64,000 nt of DNA from Oscillospiraceae bacterium (GTDB lineage Bacteria; Bacillota; Clostridia; Oscillospirales; CAG-272), in assembly GCA_015064025.1 (NCBI GenBank), contig SVSZ01000001.1, forward strand, positions 1,705-65,704. Direction: 5' to 3'. Shown piece by piece: positions 25,217 through 34,412 of this stretch; the first letter of the stretch is position 1; each line of letters begins with the position of its first letter. The position numbers and the translations under genes were made by a program. Under the pieces are notes generated by a model. That model was not told where the DNA came from. It saw only the letters and a program-made list of their open reading frames with translations, and ran no database searches.

Positions 25217-26276
25217 GATCATATATCTGACGCTTGGGGTCAGTGTGCTTCTTTACGTACTCTTTCTTTTGAGCGCCGATTTTGCCGACTTTTTCAACAA
25301 CACCGTAGGTCTTGCGGGAAGAGTGCTTCTCGGCACTCTCACAAGCATCCTCCCCTTTTCTCTTGCGGAAGCACTTCTTTTATTGCTCCCCGTTCTTCTC
25401 GTTACGGCATGTGTCATCGGTTACCGCCGTTACTGCGATTCATGGCGCGGGGTCTTTACCTATCTTGGAATTCTTCTCTCCTTTGTCGCCGTGATCCTCA
25501 ATATTTTTGTCTGGAACTTCGCCGCGGGATATTATACCCCCACGCTTGACCGCAAGCTGGAGCTTGCGCGCACCCCCGTAAAGGCTGAGGAGCTTTACCA
25601 AACCGCAGAGCTGCTCGCGAATGAATTGCACACGCTCGCGCCGATGCTCACTGCCAAAGAGGACGGAGAGACCGTCATGCCCTACTCCTATGCGGAAATG
25701 AACAAAAAGCTTCTTGACGCTTATGAGATCGCCTCCGAAAAATACGGTGCCTTTTCCACGTTTTCCTCCTCTGTCAAGCCCGTCATGCTCAGTGAGCCGA
25801 TGTCCTATACCCATATCACGGGCGTCTACACCTTCTTCACGGGAGAAGCCAATATCAACGTGAATTTTCCCGACTACACGATCCCCTATACGGCAGCACA
25901 CGAGCTTGCACATCAAAGAGGGATCGCACGTGAGGATGAAGCAAACTTCGTTGCCTTCCTCGTCTGCATGGAAGCGGATGATAGCTATATCCGCTACAGC
26001 GGCGTTCTGAATATGTACGAATACGTGATCTCGGCACTCCGCACGGCAGACGTTGAATTGTACCGAGAATCCTATCTCTCCCTTCCCGCATCCGTCCGCG
26101 CAGAGGAAACGGCATACAGTGCGTTCTTTGACAAGTATCGCGAAAACGTTGCGGCGACCGTCACACAGACGACCAACGACACCTACCTCAAAACTCAAGG
26201 TGCCTCTGCGGGAACTAAAAGCTACAGCATGGTGGTGGATCTTGCCGTCGCACTTTACCGTCCGCAATTCGACTGA
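25170..26276 (+). CDS. DUF3810-family membrane metalloprotein
   Basis: N-terminal TM helices; AAHELAHQRGIAREDEANFVAFLVC motif. Overlaps the rluA-family gene by 47 nt. GGAGGT RBS. Confidence 0.75.
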   Translation: MNTAEKRKHRLPLFCKIIYLTLGVSVLLYVLFLLSADFADFFNNTVGLAGRVLLGTLTSILPFSLAEALLLLLPVLLVTACVIGYRRYCDSWRGVFTYLGILLSFVAVILNIFVWNFAAGYYTPTLDRKLELARTPVKAEELYQTAELLANELHTLAPMLTAKEDGETVMPYSYAEMNKKLLDAYEIASEKYGAFSTFSSSVKPVMLSEPMSYTHITGVYTFFTGEANINVNFPDYTIPYTAAHELAHQRGIAREDEANFVAFLVCMEADDSYIRYSGVLNMYEYVISALRTADVELYRESYLSLPASVRAEETAYSAFFDKYRENVAATVTQTTNDTYLKTQGASAGTKSYSMVVDLAVALYRPQFD

Positions 26277-26482
26277 TCCCGCGACGGGCAAATTCAAGCC
26301 TTTTCGCATATACTGACATTGTCTCCCCGATGCGGAAAGATTTTATGTAAAAATCCGTAAAAAAATCAAAAAAATACTTTTCTTTTTGTGGATACTGTGA
26401 TATAATTAATATAATATACCATTCGAACTCAAAATTTCGAGAAAAGGAGCGGGAACCGCACGTCAGTTCCCTTAACATATCT

Positions 26483-27772
26483 ATGTCAACAAGGATGATC
26501 GTTCAAGGAGGAAAGCCGTTGCAGGGCGAGGTATTCGTCAGCGGAATGAAAAACGCGGCGCTTCCTATCCTTTTCGCAACGATACTGGTCGGTGACGCTT
26601 GCACGCTGGAAAACATTCCGGGTGTCAGTGACATCTCCACCTCCTTGGAGCTGCTGCGGCAAATGGGGGCGCAGATCACCTACCTCACCCCTACCACCGT
26701 CCGCATCGACACCTCTTACATCAGGGAGGGGGGGGCGCCCGATGAGCTTGTGCGCAAGCTGCGCGGCTCCTCTTATCTTCTGGGAGCGGAGCTCGGCAGA
26801 TTCGGAAAAACCAGGATCGCATGGCCCGGCGGCTGTGATTTCGGCGGATTTCGCCCGCTTGACCTTCACTTGAAGGGCTTCCGCGCGCTGGGTGCCACCA
26901 CCGAAGCCGAGGGCGGCTTCATTTGTGCCGAGGCGATCGACTGCCTTTGCGGTGGCACGGTATATTTTGATATTGCCTCTGTGGGCGCAACCGTCAACGT
27001 CATTCTCGCCGCAACCAAGGCAGAAGGGACTACGGTCATCGAAAACGCCGCACGTGAGCCCCACATCGTGGACCTTGCCAATTTTCTCAACGCTTGCGGT
27101 GCCAACATCACGGGCGCAGGTACGTCGGTCATCAAGATCCATGGGGTCACCTCTTTGCGTGGCTGTACCTACACCATCATTCCCGACATGATCGAGGCAG
27201 GCACCTTTATGGTCGCCGCCGCGGCAACGGGAGGCAACGTCCGCATTCGTTCGGTGATCCCGAAGCATCTGGAATCGGTCACGACCAAGCTTTGTGAAAT
27301 GGGAGTTGAGGTCATCGAGGAAGACGATTCCGTCGTTGTCAAAAGCGAGGGACGGCTTCAGAACGTCAATATTCAAACCCTTTACTACCCCGGCTTCCCC
27401 ACGGATATGCACCCGCAATTCGCCGTACTTCTCTGCATTGCAAACGGCATCGGTAATATCCACGAAAGCATTTGGGCGAGCCGCTTCCGCTATGCGGAGG
27501 AGCTTCGCAAAATGGGAGCTACCATCACGGTCGATGCACAAAATGCGACCGTCGTCGGTGTGGAACGCCTGACGGGTTCCGTTGTTGACGCGACCGATCT
27601 GCGCGCGGGTGCCGCTCTCGTCATTGCGGGACTTTGCGCAAAAGGAAAAACAGAGATCCGCGGCGTGGAGTATATCCGACGCGGATATGACAGCATCGTG
27701 GAAAAGCTTCAAGGGCTTGGAGCTGAGATCTCGGAGATCACCGTAGACGACACGACCGAATCTGAACAATAA
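26483..27772 (+). CDS. murA: UDP-N-acetylglucosamine 1-carboxyvinyltransferase
   Basis: VSGMKNAALPIL, WPGGCDFG (catalytic Cys loop), DLRAGAALVIAGL. Confidence 0.92.
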   Translation: MSTRMIVQGGKPLQGEVFVSGMKNAALPILFATILVGDACTLENIPGVSDISTSLELLRQMGAQITYLTPTTVRIDTSYIREGGAPDELVRKLRGSSYLLGAELGRFGKTRIAWPGGCDFGGFRPLDLHLKGFRALGATTEAEGGFICAEAIDCLCGGTVYFDIASVGATVNVILAATKAEGTTVIENAAREPHIVDLANFLNACGANITGAGTSVIKIHGVTSLRGCTYTIIPDMIEAGTFMVAAAATGGNVRIRSVIPKHLESVTTKLCEMGVEVIEEDDSVVVKSEGRLQNVNIQTLYYPGFPTDMHPQFAVLLCIANGIGNIHESIWASRFRYAEELRKMGATITVDAQNATVVGVERLTGSVVDATDLRAGAALVIAGLCAKGKTEIRGVEYIRRGYDSIVEKLQGLGAEISEITVDDTTESEQ

Positions 27773-27898
27773 ACCAAAGAGGAACACGTAAGTGCCGAAG
27801 ATCGCACTGCGTGTTCCTCTTTGGTATTTAATGGCTTGAATATGCGTCCCCTCCCCCCGTCAATACTTTTGATATCAAAGCAAAACGGGGTTAAGGGA

Positions 27899-28672
27899 AT
27901 GTACTATAACAAGGTCGAGATCTGCGGTGTCAACACATCAAAGCTAAAGGTTTTGACAGACGAGGAAAAAAGCGCACTGCTTGCGCGCATTAAGGAGGGA
28001 GATGAAGAGGCACGCACCGAGCTGATCAACGGGAATCTGCGCTTGGTGCTTTCCATTGTACAGCGCTTTTCGGGAAGAAAGGAATGCATGGACGACCTGT
28101 TTCAAGTGGGCTGCATCGGACTTGTCAAGGCGGTCGACAATTTCAACACCGACCTCGACGTCAAATTTTCCACCTACGCTGTCCCCATGATCATCGGTGA
28201 AATACGCAGATATTTACGAGACAACAATGCCATTCGCATCAGTCGCTCCGTAAGGGATCTCGCCTACCGAGCACTCCAGGCACGCGAAGAGCTGATTTCG
28301 CAAAAGGAAAGTGAGCCGACGGTGGAGGAGATCGCAGCGCGTCTTGGCGAAAAGCGCGATGCCGTCCTTCATGCAATGGAGGCGATCGTGGAGCCGATCT
28401 CCCTTTACGAGCCCGTATTCAACGACAACGGCGACTCGCTTTATCTGATGGATCAGCTCTCCGACACCTCCTCGGGAGACGAGGTGTGGCTGGAGAATAT
28501 TTGTCTGAACGAAGCCATGAAGCACCTTGGCGAGCGTGAAAAAAAGATCATCAACCTGCGCTTTTACAAAAACAAAACGCAGATGGAGATCGCCGAAGAG
28601 ATCGGTCTTTCGCAGGCACAGGTCTCGCGGCTTGAAAAAGGGGCGCTGGAGAAGATTCGGAAGCAGCTGTAA
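27899..28672 (+). CDS. sigG: Sporulation sigma factor G
   Basis: NKVEICGVNTSKLKVL, GNLRLVLSIVQRF, FSTYAVPMIIGEIRRYLRDNN and GLSQAQVSRLEK are collinear with B. subtilis SigG as I remember it. Confidence 0.93.
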   Translation: MYYNKVEICGVNTSKLKVLTDEEKSALLARIKEGDEEARTELINGNLRLVLSIVQRFSGRKECMDDLFQVGCIGLVKAVDNFNTDLDVKFSTYAVPMIIGEIRRYLRDNNAIRISRSVRDLAYRALQAREELISQKESEPTVEEIAARLGEKRDAVLHAMEAIVEPISLYEPVFNDNGDSLYLMDQLSDTSSGDEVWLENICLNEAMKHLGEREKKIINLRFYKNKTQMEIAEEIGLSQAQVSRLEKGALEKIRKQL

Positions 28673-28852
28673 GCAACCCCAACGAGAAGTGAATCAATCT
28701 TACTCCTTTAAAAGCAAAATTTTATCATTTAAAGAATTAAACATCAAAAAATAGGCTCTATGTTTTTTATGTCTGAAAATTTGCGTTTTTTAATTAAAAA
28801 CGCTAAAAGCATGATGAAATGATGGACCAAAATGACGACATTCTGCCGGCAA

Positions 28853-28902
28853 GCAAAAAAATACGGGGTGTCGACCAATGCAAAATGCATTTTTGACACC
28901 CC
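28853..28902 (-). terminator. Terminator of the GLUG lipoprotein gene
   Basis: GGGGTGTC...GACACCCC stem, followed by GTATTTTTTT on the minus strand. Confidence 0.75.
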
Positions 28903-28941
28903 TTGTCTTTTATCGGATAAGAAGCATAAAGCAAATGGTTG

Positions 28942-30405
28942 TTATTTTAATCTTGGGAATTCCCCTTCAATCAAACACCAAATGTCGGTATCCCATTCCA
29001 TTCGATTTGAATAGAAATCAATTTTTTTAAAATCATCAATATGGGCAGGTGTACCGTTTTTAACAATCTCATTTCCCACAACAACTTGGGTATTTGAATA
29101 ATAACATGAAACAACTTCATTCTGAGACGGTATTATCGAACCGGCTTCACCTTCTTGTAAAATAACATCACCGACGGTCCAACAATGACTAATATTATTA
29201 TATCCTGTTCCAAAAAGCCCACCGGAACCAAGCAACCCTCCTGCATATCCGGAACTACTGCATATCTCAATATCACCGGTTGTATAACAATTTTTCACAG
29301 CAGAAGCAGAAATTCCAATCAGCCCGCCCGCTGTAATCGTACCCGTCCCATTTTGCGAATTGCTTATTTTTACTTCTGAATAGCAATTTTGAACTGTTGT
29401 TAAATTTCCGGAAGACTCTCCTATAAGACCTCCGATTCGAGCAGAAAAAGCCTTAGGTTGTTTTGATGGCACCACTGACGATACTGAAAAATCTATTATA
29501 CCTTGAGAATAACTAGTCTCGATAGGTTTATTTCCTGTATAGTACCCTGCCAAACCACCTAACCATTGACTCGAACCGCCGTTTTCGTGCGTAGCATCAT
29601 AATATGCATTAATAGATACATCAGACGAGCAATGCGCTATCCCGCCCGTACTTCCGGCGACTCCGCCAATGAAAAATTCTTTTCCAAAGGACAAATTTAT
29701 TTTCCCTTCCACAGAACAATTTTCAATACCGCCTGTATTTTCAGCTACAAGCCCCCCTACATAAACAGTTCCGTATTCGGTTGAATCTATATCAATAAGG
29801 AGACCGGTGATATTTAGATTTTCTATTTTCCCTTCTGCATAGCCAAAAAGCCCCGCCCATGATACGTCATATTCTCGTATCTGATTCTTTTCTTTTTTTA
29901 GCGATTTTTCAGTCAGCAGAACGTTTGAAACGGTATAACCATTTCCATCAAACCATCCGGAAAATACCGTTCTGGGTGTAGCACCAATGGGAGTGATCGA
30001 ACGATTATTCATATCAATATGATTTGCCAGTGAAATTTTTACACCCGCAAGATCAGAACCGCCATTCACTATATCGATCAATCCCGCGAATTGTTCCGCC
30101 GTAGAAATAACGAAATCCAATTCTATGACACTATACCATGATGTATCGCTCTCACCACTCCACAATGAACAATTACAGATTGAGCAAATATTATCGACAT
30201 AATTATGTGTAGAACAAAACTGCTCATGACCATTCAAATCATTGCTCATATCTAAATTTGAGATTTCCTCATTGGCATCTTTATTCGAATCGCTCTCTTC
30301 GGTTATAATACTATTTTTATGATTCAAAGCGTTTGACGTGCTATCGCATGCAATCATGGAAAATAACAAAAGTACTGTAAAAGCAAGTGCAAAAATCTTT
30401 TTCAT
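28942..30405 (-). CDS. GLUG-motif repeat lipoprotein
   Basis: GGAGG RBS. MKKIFALAFTVLLLFSMIAC (lipobox). Repeats GGLVAENTGGIENC, GGVAGSTGGIAHC, GGLIGESSG..VQNCY, GGLIGISASAVKNCY and GGLLGSGG. Low-GC region. Confidence 0.8.
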   Translation of the reverse strand: MKKIFALAFTVLLLFSMIACDSTSNALNHKNSIITEESDSNKDANEEISNLDMSNDLNGHEQFCSTHNYVDNICSICNCSLWSGESDTSWYSVIELDFVISTAEQFAGLIDIVNGGSDLAGVKISLANHIDMNNRSITPIGATPRTVFSGWFDGNGYTVSNVLLTEKSLKKEKNQIREYDVSWAGLFGYAEGKIENLNITGLLIDIDSTEYGTVYVGGLVAENTGGIENCSVEGKINLSFGKEFFIGGVAGSTGGIAHCSSDVSINAYYDATHENGGSSQWLGGLAGYYTGNKPIETSYSQGIIDFSVSSVVPSKQPKAFSARIGGLIGESSGNLTTVQNCYSEVKISNSQNGTGTITAGGLIGISASAVKNCYTTGDIEICSSSGYAGGLLGSGGLFGTGYNNISHCWTVGDVILQEGEAGSIIPSQNEVVSCYYSNTQVVVGNEIVKNGTPAHIDDFKKIDFYSNRMEWDTDIWCLIEGEFPRLK

Positions 30406-30484
30406 TTTTTCCTCCAAAAAATAACCATTAATAAAAGCACAACCAAATCATAAAATCACAATTCAAAATGTCTGTGCTTTTAAT

Positions 30485-30513
30485 ATTTTAACCTATTTCG
30501 GGTTAAATGTCAA
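30485..30513 (-). promoter_or_regulatory. Promoter of the GLUG lipoprotein gene
   Basis: On the minus strand: TTGACA (30513-30508), 17 nt, TAAAAT (30490-30485). Confidence 0.6.
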
Positions 30514-30521
30514 TAACCTAA

Positions 30522-30557
30522 AACAGATTATTCTATAATATTTAAAAATAATCTGTT
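30522..30557. promoter_or_regulatory. Operator-like inverted repeat around the XRE gene -10 box
   Basis: AACAGATTATT (30522-30532) and AATAATCTGTT (30547-30557) form a perfect 11-bp inverted repeat. The 14-bp spacer contains TATAAT (30534-30539). Confidence 0.6.
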
Positions 30558-30567
30558 GGAGCTAAAA

Positions 30568-30780
30568 ATGAAATATTCAAGAATTCGTGATCTAAGAGAA
30601 GATAGAGATATCAACCAAACTCAAATTGCCAAAATGTTGGGGATGTCACAAACCGGATATTCGAAATATGAAACGGGCGAAAACGACATCCCAACTTCGA
30701 TTTTGATAAAGCTCGCAAGATTTTACAACACAAGCATTGATTATTTATTGGGAGAAACAAACGATCCAAAAAGGCATTAA
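30568..30780 (+). CDS. Small XRE-family HTH regulator
   Basis: MKYSRIRDLREDRDINQTQIAKMLGMSQTGYSKYETGENDIP. GGAG lies 7 nt before ATG 30568. Confidence 0.85.
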   Translation: MKYSRIRDLREDRDINQTQIAKMLGMSQTGYSKYETGENDIPTSILIKLARFYNTSIDYLLGETNDPKRH

Positions 30781-30839
30781 CAAAAAAGTATCCCGAACAC
30801 AAAAAACAAGCTCGGAATTCTAAAAAAGTCTTGACTTCA

Positions 30840-30881
30840 GCGCAAAGCACATATTTTCAAGCGCCAAGCACATATTTTCAA
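30840..30881 (+). repeat. 2 x 21-bp tandem direct repeat upstream of the tRNA promoter
   Basis: GCGCAAAGCACATATTTTCAA followed by GCGCCAAGCACATATTTTCAA (one mismatch). Confidence 0.9.
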
Positions 30882-30888
30882 AATATAC

Positions 30889-30918
30889 TTGACAAACAAT
30901 TGCGTTCGATGTTATAAT
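30889..30918 (+). promoter_or_regulatory. tRNA-Ala promoter
   Basis: TTGACA (30889-30894), 18 nt, TATAAT (30913-30918). Confidence 0.75.
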
Positions 30919-30934
30919 AGTAGCGTTCAAGCAT

Positions 30935-31010
30935 GGGCTTGTAGCTCAGTTGGGAGAGCGCTGCGTTCGCAACGCAGAGGTCATGGGTTCGAATCCCACC
31001 AGGTCCACCA
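30935..31010 (+). tRNA. tRNA-Ala (anticodon CGC), CCA encoded
   Basis: I folded the cloverleaf by hand. Acceptor stem GGGCTTG/CAGGTCC carries the G3:U70 alanine identity pair. Anticodon loop is TTCGCAA. T-arm is ATGGG-TTCGAAT-CCCAC. Confidence 0.93.
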
Positions 31011-31015
31011 AAAAA

Positions 31016-31056
31016 GGAAGACACCGTTGGCATAGCCAATGGTGTCTTCCTTTTTT
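31016..31056 (+). terminator. tRNA-Ala terminator
   Basis: GGAAGACACCgTTGG / CCAATGGTGTCTTCC, followed by TTTTTT. Confidence 0.85.
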
Positions 31057-31161
31057 GGGGTCGGATTTTCATTGTACGATTCGAACCCCGAGAATTGCTT
31101 GCAATTCTCTTGAATTTGCGTAATCTTTCTGTAAAACCTGCACCGCACGTGGGCGCAAATT

Positions 31162-31189
31162 TGGGTTCAGAATCCCACCAGGTCCACCA
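31162..31189 (+). pseudogene. Orphan copy of the tRNA-Ala 3' end (T-arm, acceptor strand and CCA)
   Basis: TGGGTTCAGAATCCCACCAGGTCCACCA matches tRNA positions 30984-31010 (TGGGTTCGAATCCCACCAGGTCCACCA) with one inserted A. No 5' half lies upstream. Confidence 0.8.
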
Positions 31190-31192
31190 AAA

Positions 31193-31229
31193 GAAGCAGC
31201 CTCGGCTTTTGTCGAGGCTGCTTCTTTTG
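31193..31229. terminator. Bidirectional terminator (also serves araD)
   Basis: GAAGCAGCCTCG / CGAGGCTGCTTC, with T-runs on both strands. Confidence 0.75.
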
Positions 31230-31292
31230 TGAATCTGTTCATTAGTCGGTTCGAACCCCGAGAATGCAAAGCATTCGGCGTCAAAAAAAGTT

Positions 31293-31979
31293 TTATTTTT
31301 TCTGCCCGTAATAGGCATTCTCACCGTGCTTTCTGAAATAGTGTTTATCAAGAAGCTCCCGCTTCATATTCTCCGCCAACGGATTGATCACCAGTGCATG
31401 GTAGTTCATGAAGGCGATTTCCTCAAGGACAATGGCGTTGTGTACGGCCTCAGCGGCGTCCTTTCCCCATGTAAAGGGACCGTGATTCTTCACCAAAACA
31501 GCGGGAATCGACATAGGATCGGTGCCGCGGAAGGTCTCTATAATCATCTTTCCCGTTTCCCTTTCGTACTCGCCGTCGATCTGCTCTGCTGTCATATCCG
31601 CGGTGCAAGGAATCTCACCGTAAAAATAGTCTCCATGCGTCGTCCCCAAAGGGACAAGCCCGCGCGCAGCCTGCGCAAAGGAGGTTGCCCAACGGCTGTG
31701 CGTATGTACGACATCTCCAACCGATGAAAAGGCGCGGTAAAGCTCCAGATGCGTAGGAGTGTCGCTGGAGGGATTCCACTTCCCTTCCACCACTCTTCCG
31801 TCCTCAAGAGAGACCACCACCATATCCTCGGCAGTCATACCGTCATACTCAACGCCAGACGGCTTGATGACCATTACTCCAAGCCCACGGTCAACTGCGG
31901 AAACGTTTCCCCACGTAAAAGTGACAAGCCCATGGCGAGGCAGGAGAAGATTCGCGCGAAGCACTTCTTCCTTCAGCAT
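31293..31979 (-). CDS. araD: L-ribulose-5-phosphate 4-epimerase
   Basis: Collinear with E. coli AraD as I remember it: [69 protein letters not shown]. Confidence 0.92.
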   Translation of the reverse strand: MLKEEVLRANLLLPRHGLVTFTWGNVSAVDRGLGVMVIKPSGVEYDGMTAEDMVVVSLEDGRVVEGKWNPSSDTPTHLELYRAFSSVGDVVHTHSRWATSFAQAARGLVPLGTTHGDYFYGEIPCTADMTAEQIDGEYERETGKMIIETFRGTDPMSIPAVLVKNHGPFTWGKDAAEAVHNAIVLEEIAFMNYHALVINPLAENMKRELLDKHYFRKHGENAYYGQKK

Positions 31980-33562
31980 ATGATCTCCTCCAATCTGCGC
32001 ACACCCTCAAGTCCCTTTTCAAAACGCTTGAAATATTCGTTGAATCCGCGCATGCCCTCTTCATCGGGGGAGATACACTCTGCCTTCATACTACCAAAAA
32101 CAGAGTCTCCGAGCCATTCACCCAAGGTCGCGTCCTTGCCATTTATCATGTAGGAAGCAAGCAATGCCATACCCCAAGCACCGCCCTCACCCGCCGTTTT
32201 CATGACAGCGACGGGAGTGTGTAATGCGTCGGCGAGGATCTGCTGCGCCACACCCTTGACCTTAAAAAGTCCTCCGTGTGCCAGAAAAACCTTTGCGTTG
32301 ACTTGCTCGCGCTCAAAAAGAATATCCATTCCCGATTTCAAGGTCGCCATGCTTGTATAGAGCTGTGCGCGCATGAAATTGGCAAGCGTCATGCGGCTGT
32401 CCGATGTGCGGAAGCACATGGGAACGCCCTTTTCCACACCGACAATATGTTCCCCTGAAAGATAGTTATAAGCGGTAACGCCGCCGCAATCAGCCTCACC
32501 CGTCATAGCGTGCTCGTAGAGCCTACGGTAAACCTCGGAGCGGTCTGCTTCCGTTCCCATAAGGCTTGAAAACTCAAGGAAGAGCTTTACGTAAGTATCA
32601 AGCTCCGAGCAGCAATTGTTGCAATGCACCATTGCAACGGGGGCACCGTCCGGAGTGGTTACGATATCGATCTCCTCATAAACGCGGGACAGGGGCTTCT
32701 CCAAGACCAGCATAGAAAAGATGGAAGTGCCCGCAGAGACGTTTCCCGTACGCGGTAGCACGGAGTTCGTTGCCACCATACCCGTGCCTGCGTCGCCCTC
32801 GGGGGGACAAAGCGGAATGCCCGCCCGCAAATTCCCCGTCGGATCAAGAAAGTGTGCGCCCTCCTCCGTCAGATAAGCCCCCGTCTCTCCCGCGCAGCGC
32901 ACCGTGGGAAAGATCCTGCCGATATCCAGTGCGACGCCCTTCTCCGCCGCTCTTTTGTTGAATCTCTCGATCATTTCGGGATCAAAAGCGCCATCCTTTA
33001 CGGGGAACATACCCGATGCCTCACCAAGCCCTACCTCGCGTCTTCCCGTCAAAAGAAAATGCAGATATCCCGCCACCGTAGTGACGAGAGAAACACGGGA
33101 TACGTGCTCCTCACCGTTCAGTATCGCCTGATACAGATGCGCTACGCTCCAGCGTTGCGGAATGTGGATATTGAAAAGCTCGGTCAATTCCCTCGATGCC
33201 GCCGCACAGGTTGTGTTTCTCCACGTGCGGAAGGGCACGAGAAGATTGTCCTCTGCATCAAACGCAAGATATCCGTGCATCATTCCCGAAATACCGATCG
33301 CCCCTATGCTTGTAAGAGGAACACCGTAGATCTCGCGCACGTTTTCCGAAAGACTGCGGTAGCACTCCCGAAGTCCCCGCCTTACCTCCTCCAGCGGATA
33401 CGTCCAGTATCCGTTTTCAAAGCGATTTTCCCAAGAAAAGCCACCGTTAGCAATGGGAGTACCGAAGGTGTCAATGAGAGACGCCTTGATACGGGTCGAT
33501 CCCACCTCGATCCCGAGATAGATTTTTCCGCTTTTTATGTATTCAACGACCGAGGATTTCAT
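31973..33562 (-). CDS. FGGY-family sugar kinase (ribulokinase-like)
   Basis: Start ATG 33562 overlaps the aldolase stop (ATGA). [13 protein letters not shown] is an N-terminal ATPase motif. 529 aa. The 3' end overlaps the araD start (ATGCTGA). Confidence 0.8.
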   Translation of the reverse strand: MKSSVVEYIKSGKIYLGIEVGSTRIKASLIDTFGTPIANGGFSWENRFENGYWTYPLEEVRRGLRECYRSLSENVREIYGVPLTSIGAIGISGMMHGYLAFDAEDNLLVPFRTWRNTTCAAASRELTELFNIHIPQRWSVAHLYQAILNGEEHVSRVSLVTTVAGYLHFLLTGRREVGLGEASGMFPVKDGAFDPEMIERFNKRAAEKGVALDIGRIFPTVRCAGETGAYLTEEGAHFLDPTGNLRAGIPLCPPEGDAGTGMVATNSVLPRTGNVSAGTSIFSMLVLEKPLSRVYEEIDIVTTPDGAPVAMVHCNNCCSELDTYVKLFLEFSSLMGTEADRSEVYRRLYEHAMTGEADCGGVTAYNYLSGEHIVGVEKGVPMCFRTSDSRMTLANFMRAQLYTSMATLKSGMDILFEREQVNAKVFLAHGGLFKVKGVAQQILADALHTPVAVMKTAGEGGAWGMALLASYMINGKDATLGEWLGDSVFGSMKAECISPDEEGMRGFNEYFKRFEKGLEGVRRLEEIIC

Positions 33563-34371
33563 TGCTTCGCTCCCTCTTTCGGTTCTAGCGGACAGCGTTC
33601 TGATACATCCTTCATTTTCGCGAGGAGCGTTTTTGCCCCCATGAGAACACTCCACATATCCGTGCTCGCGGATATAAAATCGACGCCCTTGCTCATCCAA
33701 TGGAGGAGCTCTGCCTCATTGTCGGCTCCTGTGGAAAGGCCGATGGGCTTTCCGTGCGCATGCGCGATCCCGATCGCCCTCTCAATGAGTCGGTTGGTCT
33801 CCGCATCCTCCAATGCATGTCCGAGCGCCCCCACGGAGCCGCTCAGATTCATGGGACCAATCACAAATCCATCCACGTAAGGGATCTTGCAGATTTCATC
33901 AAGCGCTTCAACTGCATCGCGAGTCTCCACCTGCAAAAGGAGGCAAACCTCATAACTTCTCTCTTCGATATACTCGTTGATAGTATCAAGTCCGTAGCGC
34001 ACGGCACGACAGGGACCAAAACCACGCTTACCAAGAGGTGGGTAGATGCAGGTATCGATAGCCTTTTGCGCCTCCTCCACGCTGTTGACCATAGGAACCA
34101 CAATGGCTGCAGGCCCCATTTCAAGCACACGCTTGATGTCCGGAATATCGTTCCACGTCACTCTGACCATGCAAGGCGTACCTGCGGATTTCGCCGCAAT
34201 CAGATGCATTTCCACCACCTGAAAATCGGTGGAAAGATGCTCCATATCGATCCAGAGGTAATCAAAGCCAATGTAACCGAGCATTTCACACATACGGTAA
34301 TCCGTTAGATTGACGTGCGTGCCAAGCAAACGGCGCCCCGAGTTGAGCGCTTTACGAAATTCGTTTTCCAT
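33559..34371 (-). CDS. HpcH/HpaI-family aldolase (2-keto-3-deoxy-acid aldolase type)
   Basis: GFDYLWIDMEH, VRV....DIKRVLEMG, IVVPMVNS.EEA, YPPLGKRGFGP. Confidence 0.8.
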   Translation of the reverse strand: MENEFRKALNSGRRLLGTHVNLTDYRMCEMLGYIGFDYLWIDMEHLSTDFQVVEMHLIAAKSAGTPCMVRVTWNDIPDIKRVLEMGPAAIVVPMVNSVEEAQKAIDTCIYPPLGKRGFGPCRAVRYGLDTINEYIEERSYEVCLLLQVETRDAVEALDEICKIPYVDGFVIGPMNLSGSVGALGHALEDAETNRLIERAIGIAHAHGKPIGLSTGADNEAELLHWMSKGVDFISASTDMWSVLMGAKTLLAKMKDVSERCPLEPKEGAKQ

Positions 34372-34412
34372 GAAAATACTCCTTTATAACGATATATCCG
34401 TCTTATGCACCT

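Noticed and set aside
28832-29014. 60-aa plus-strand ORF between sigG and the GLUG gene.
   Set aside because: It has no RBS, and it overlaps the GLUG gene's terminator and 3' end.
31100-31190. Possible second complete tRNA gene ending at 31189.
   Set aside because: Only the last 28 nt are tRNA-like. The upstream 50 nt cannot form D or anticodon arms or a complementary acceptor strand.
30878-31351. 157-aa minus-strand ORF (and 31069-31284) spanning tRNA-Ala and its downstream repeats.
   Set aside because: It is a translation of the tRNA gene, terminator hairpins and tRNA-like remnants (GGPGGIRTHDL-type artefact). It has no RBS.
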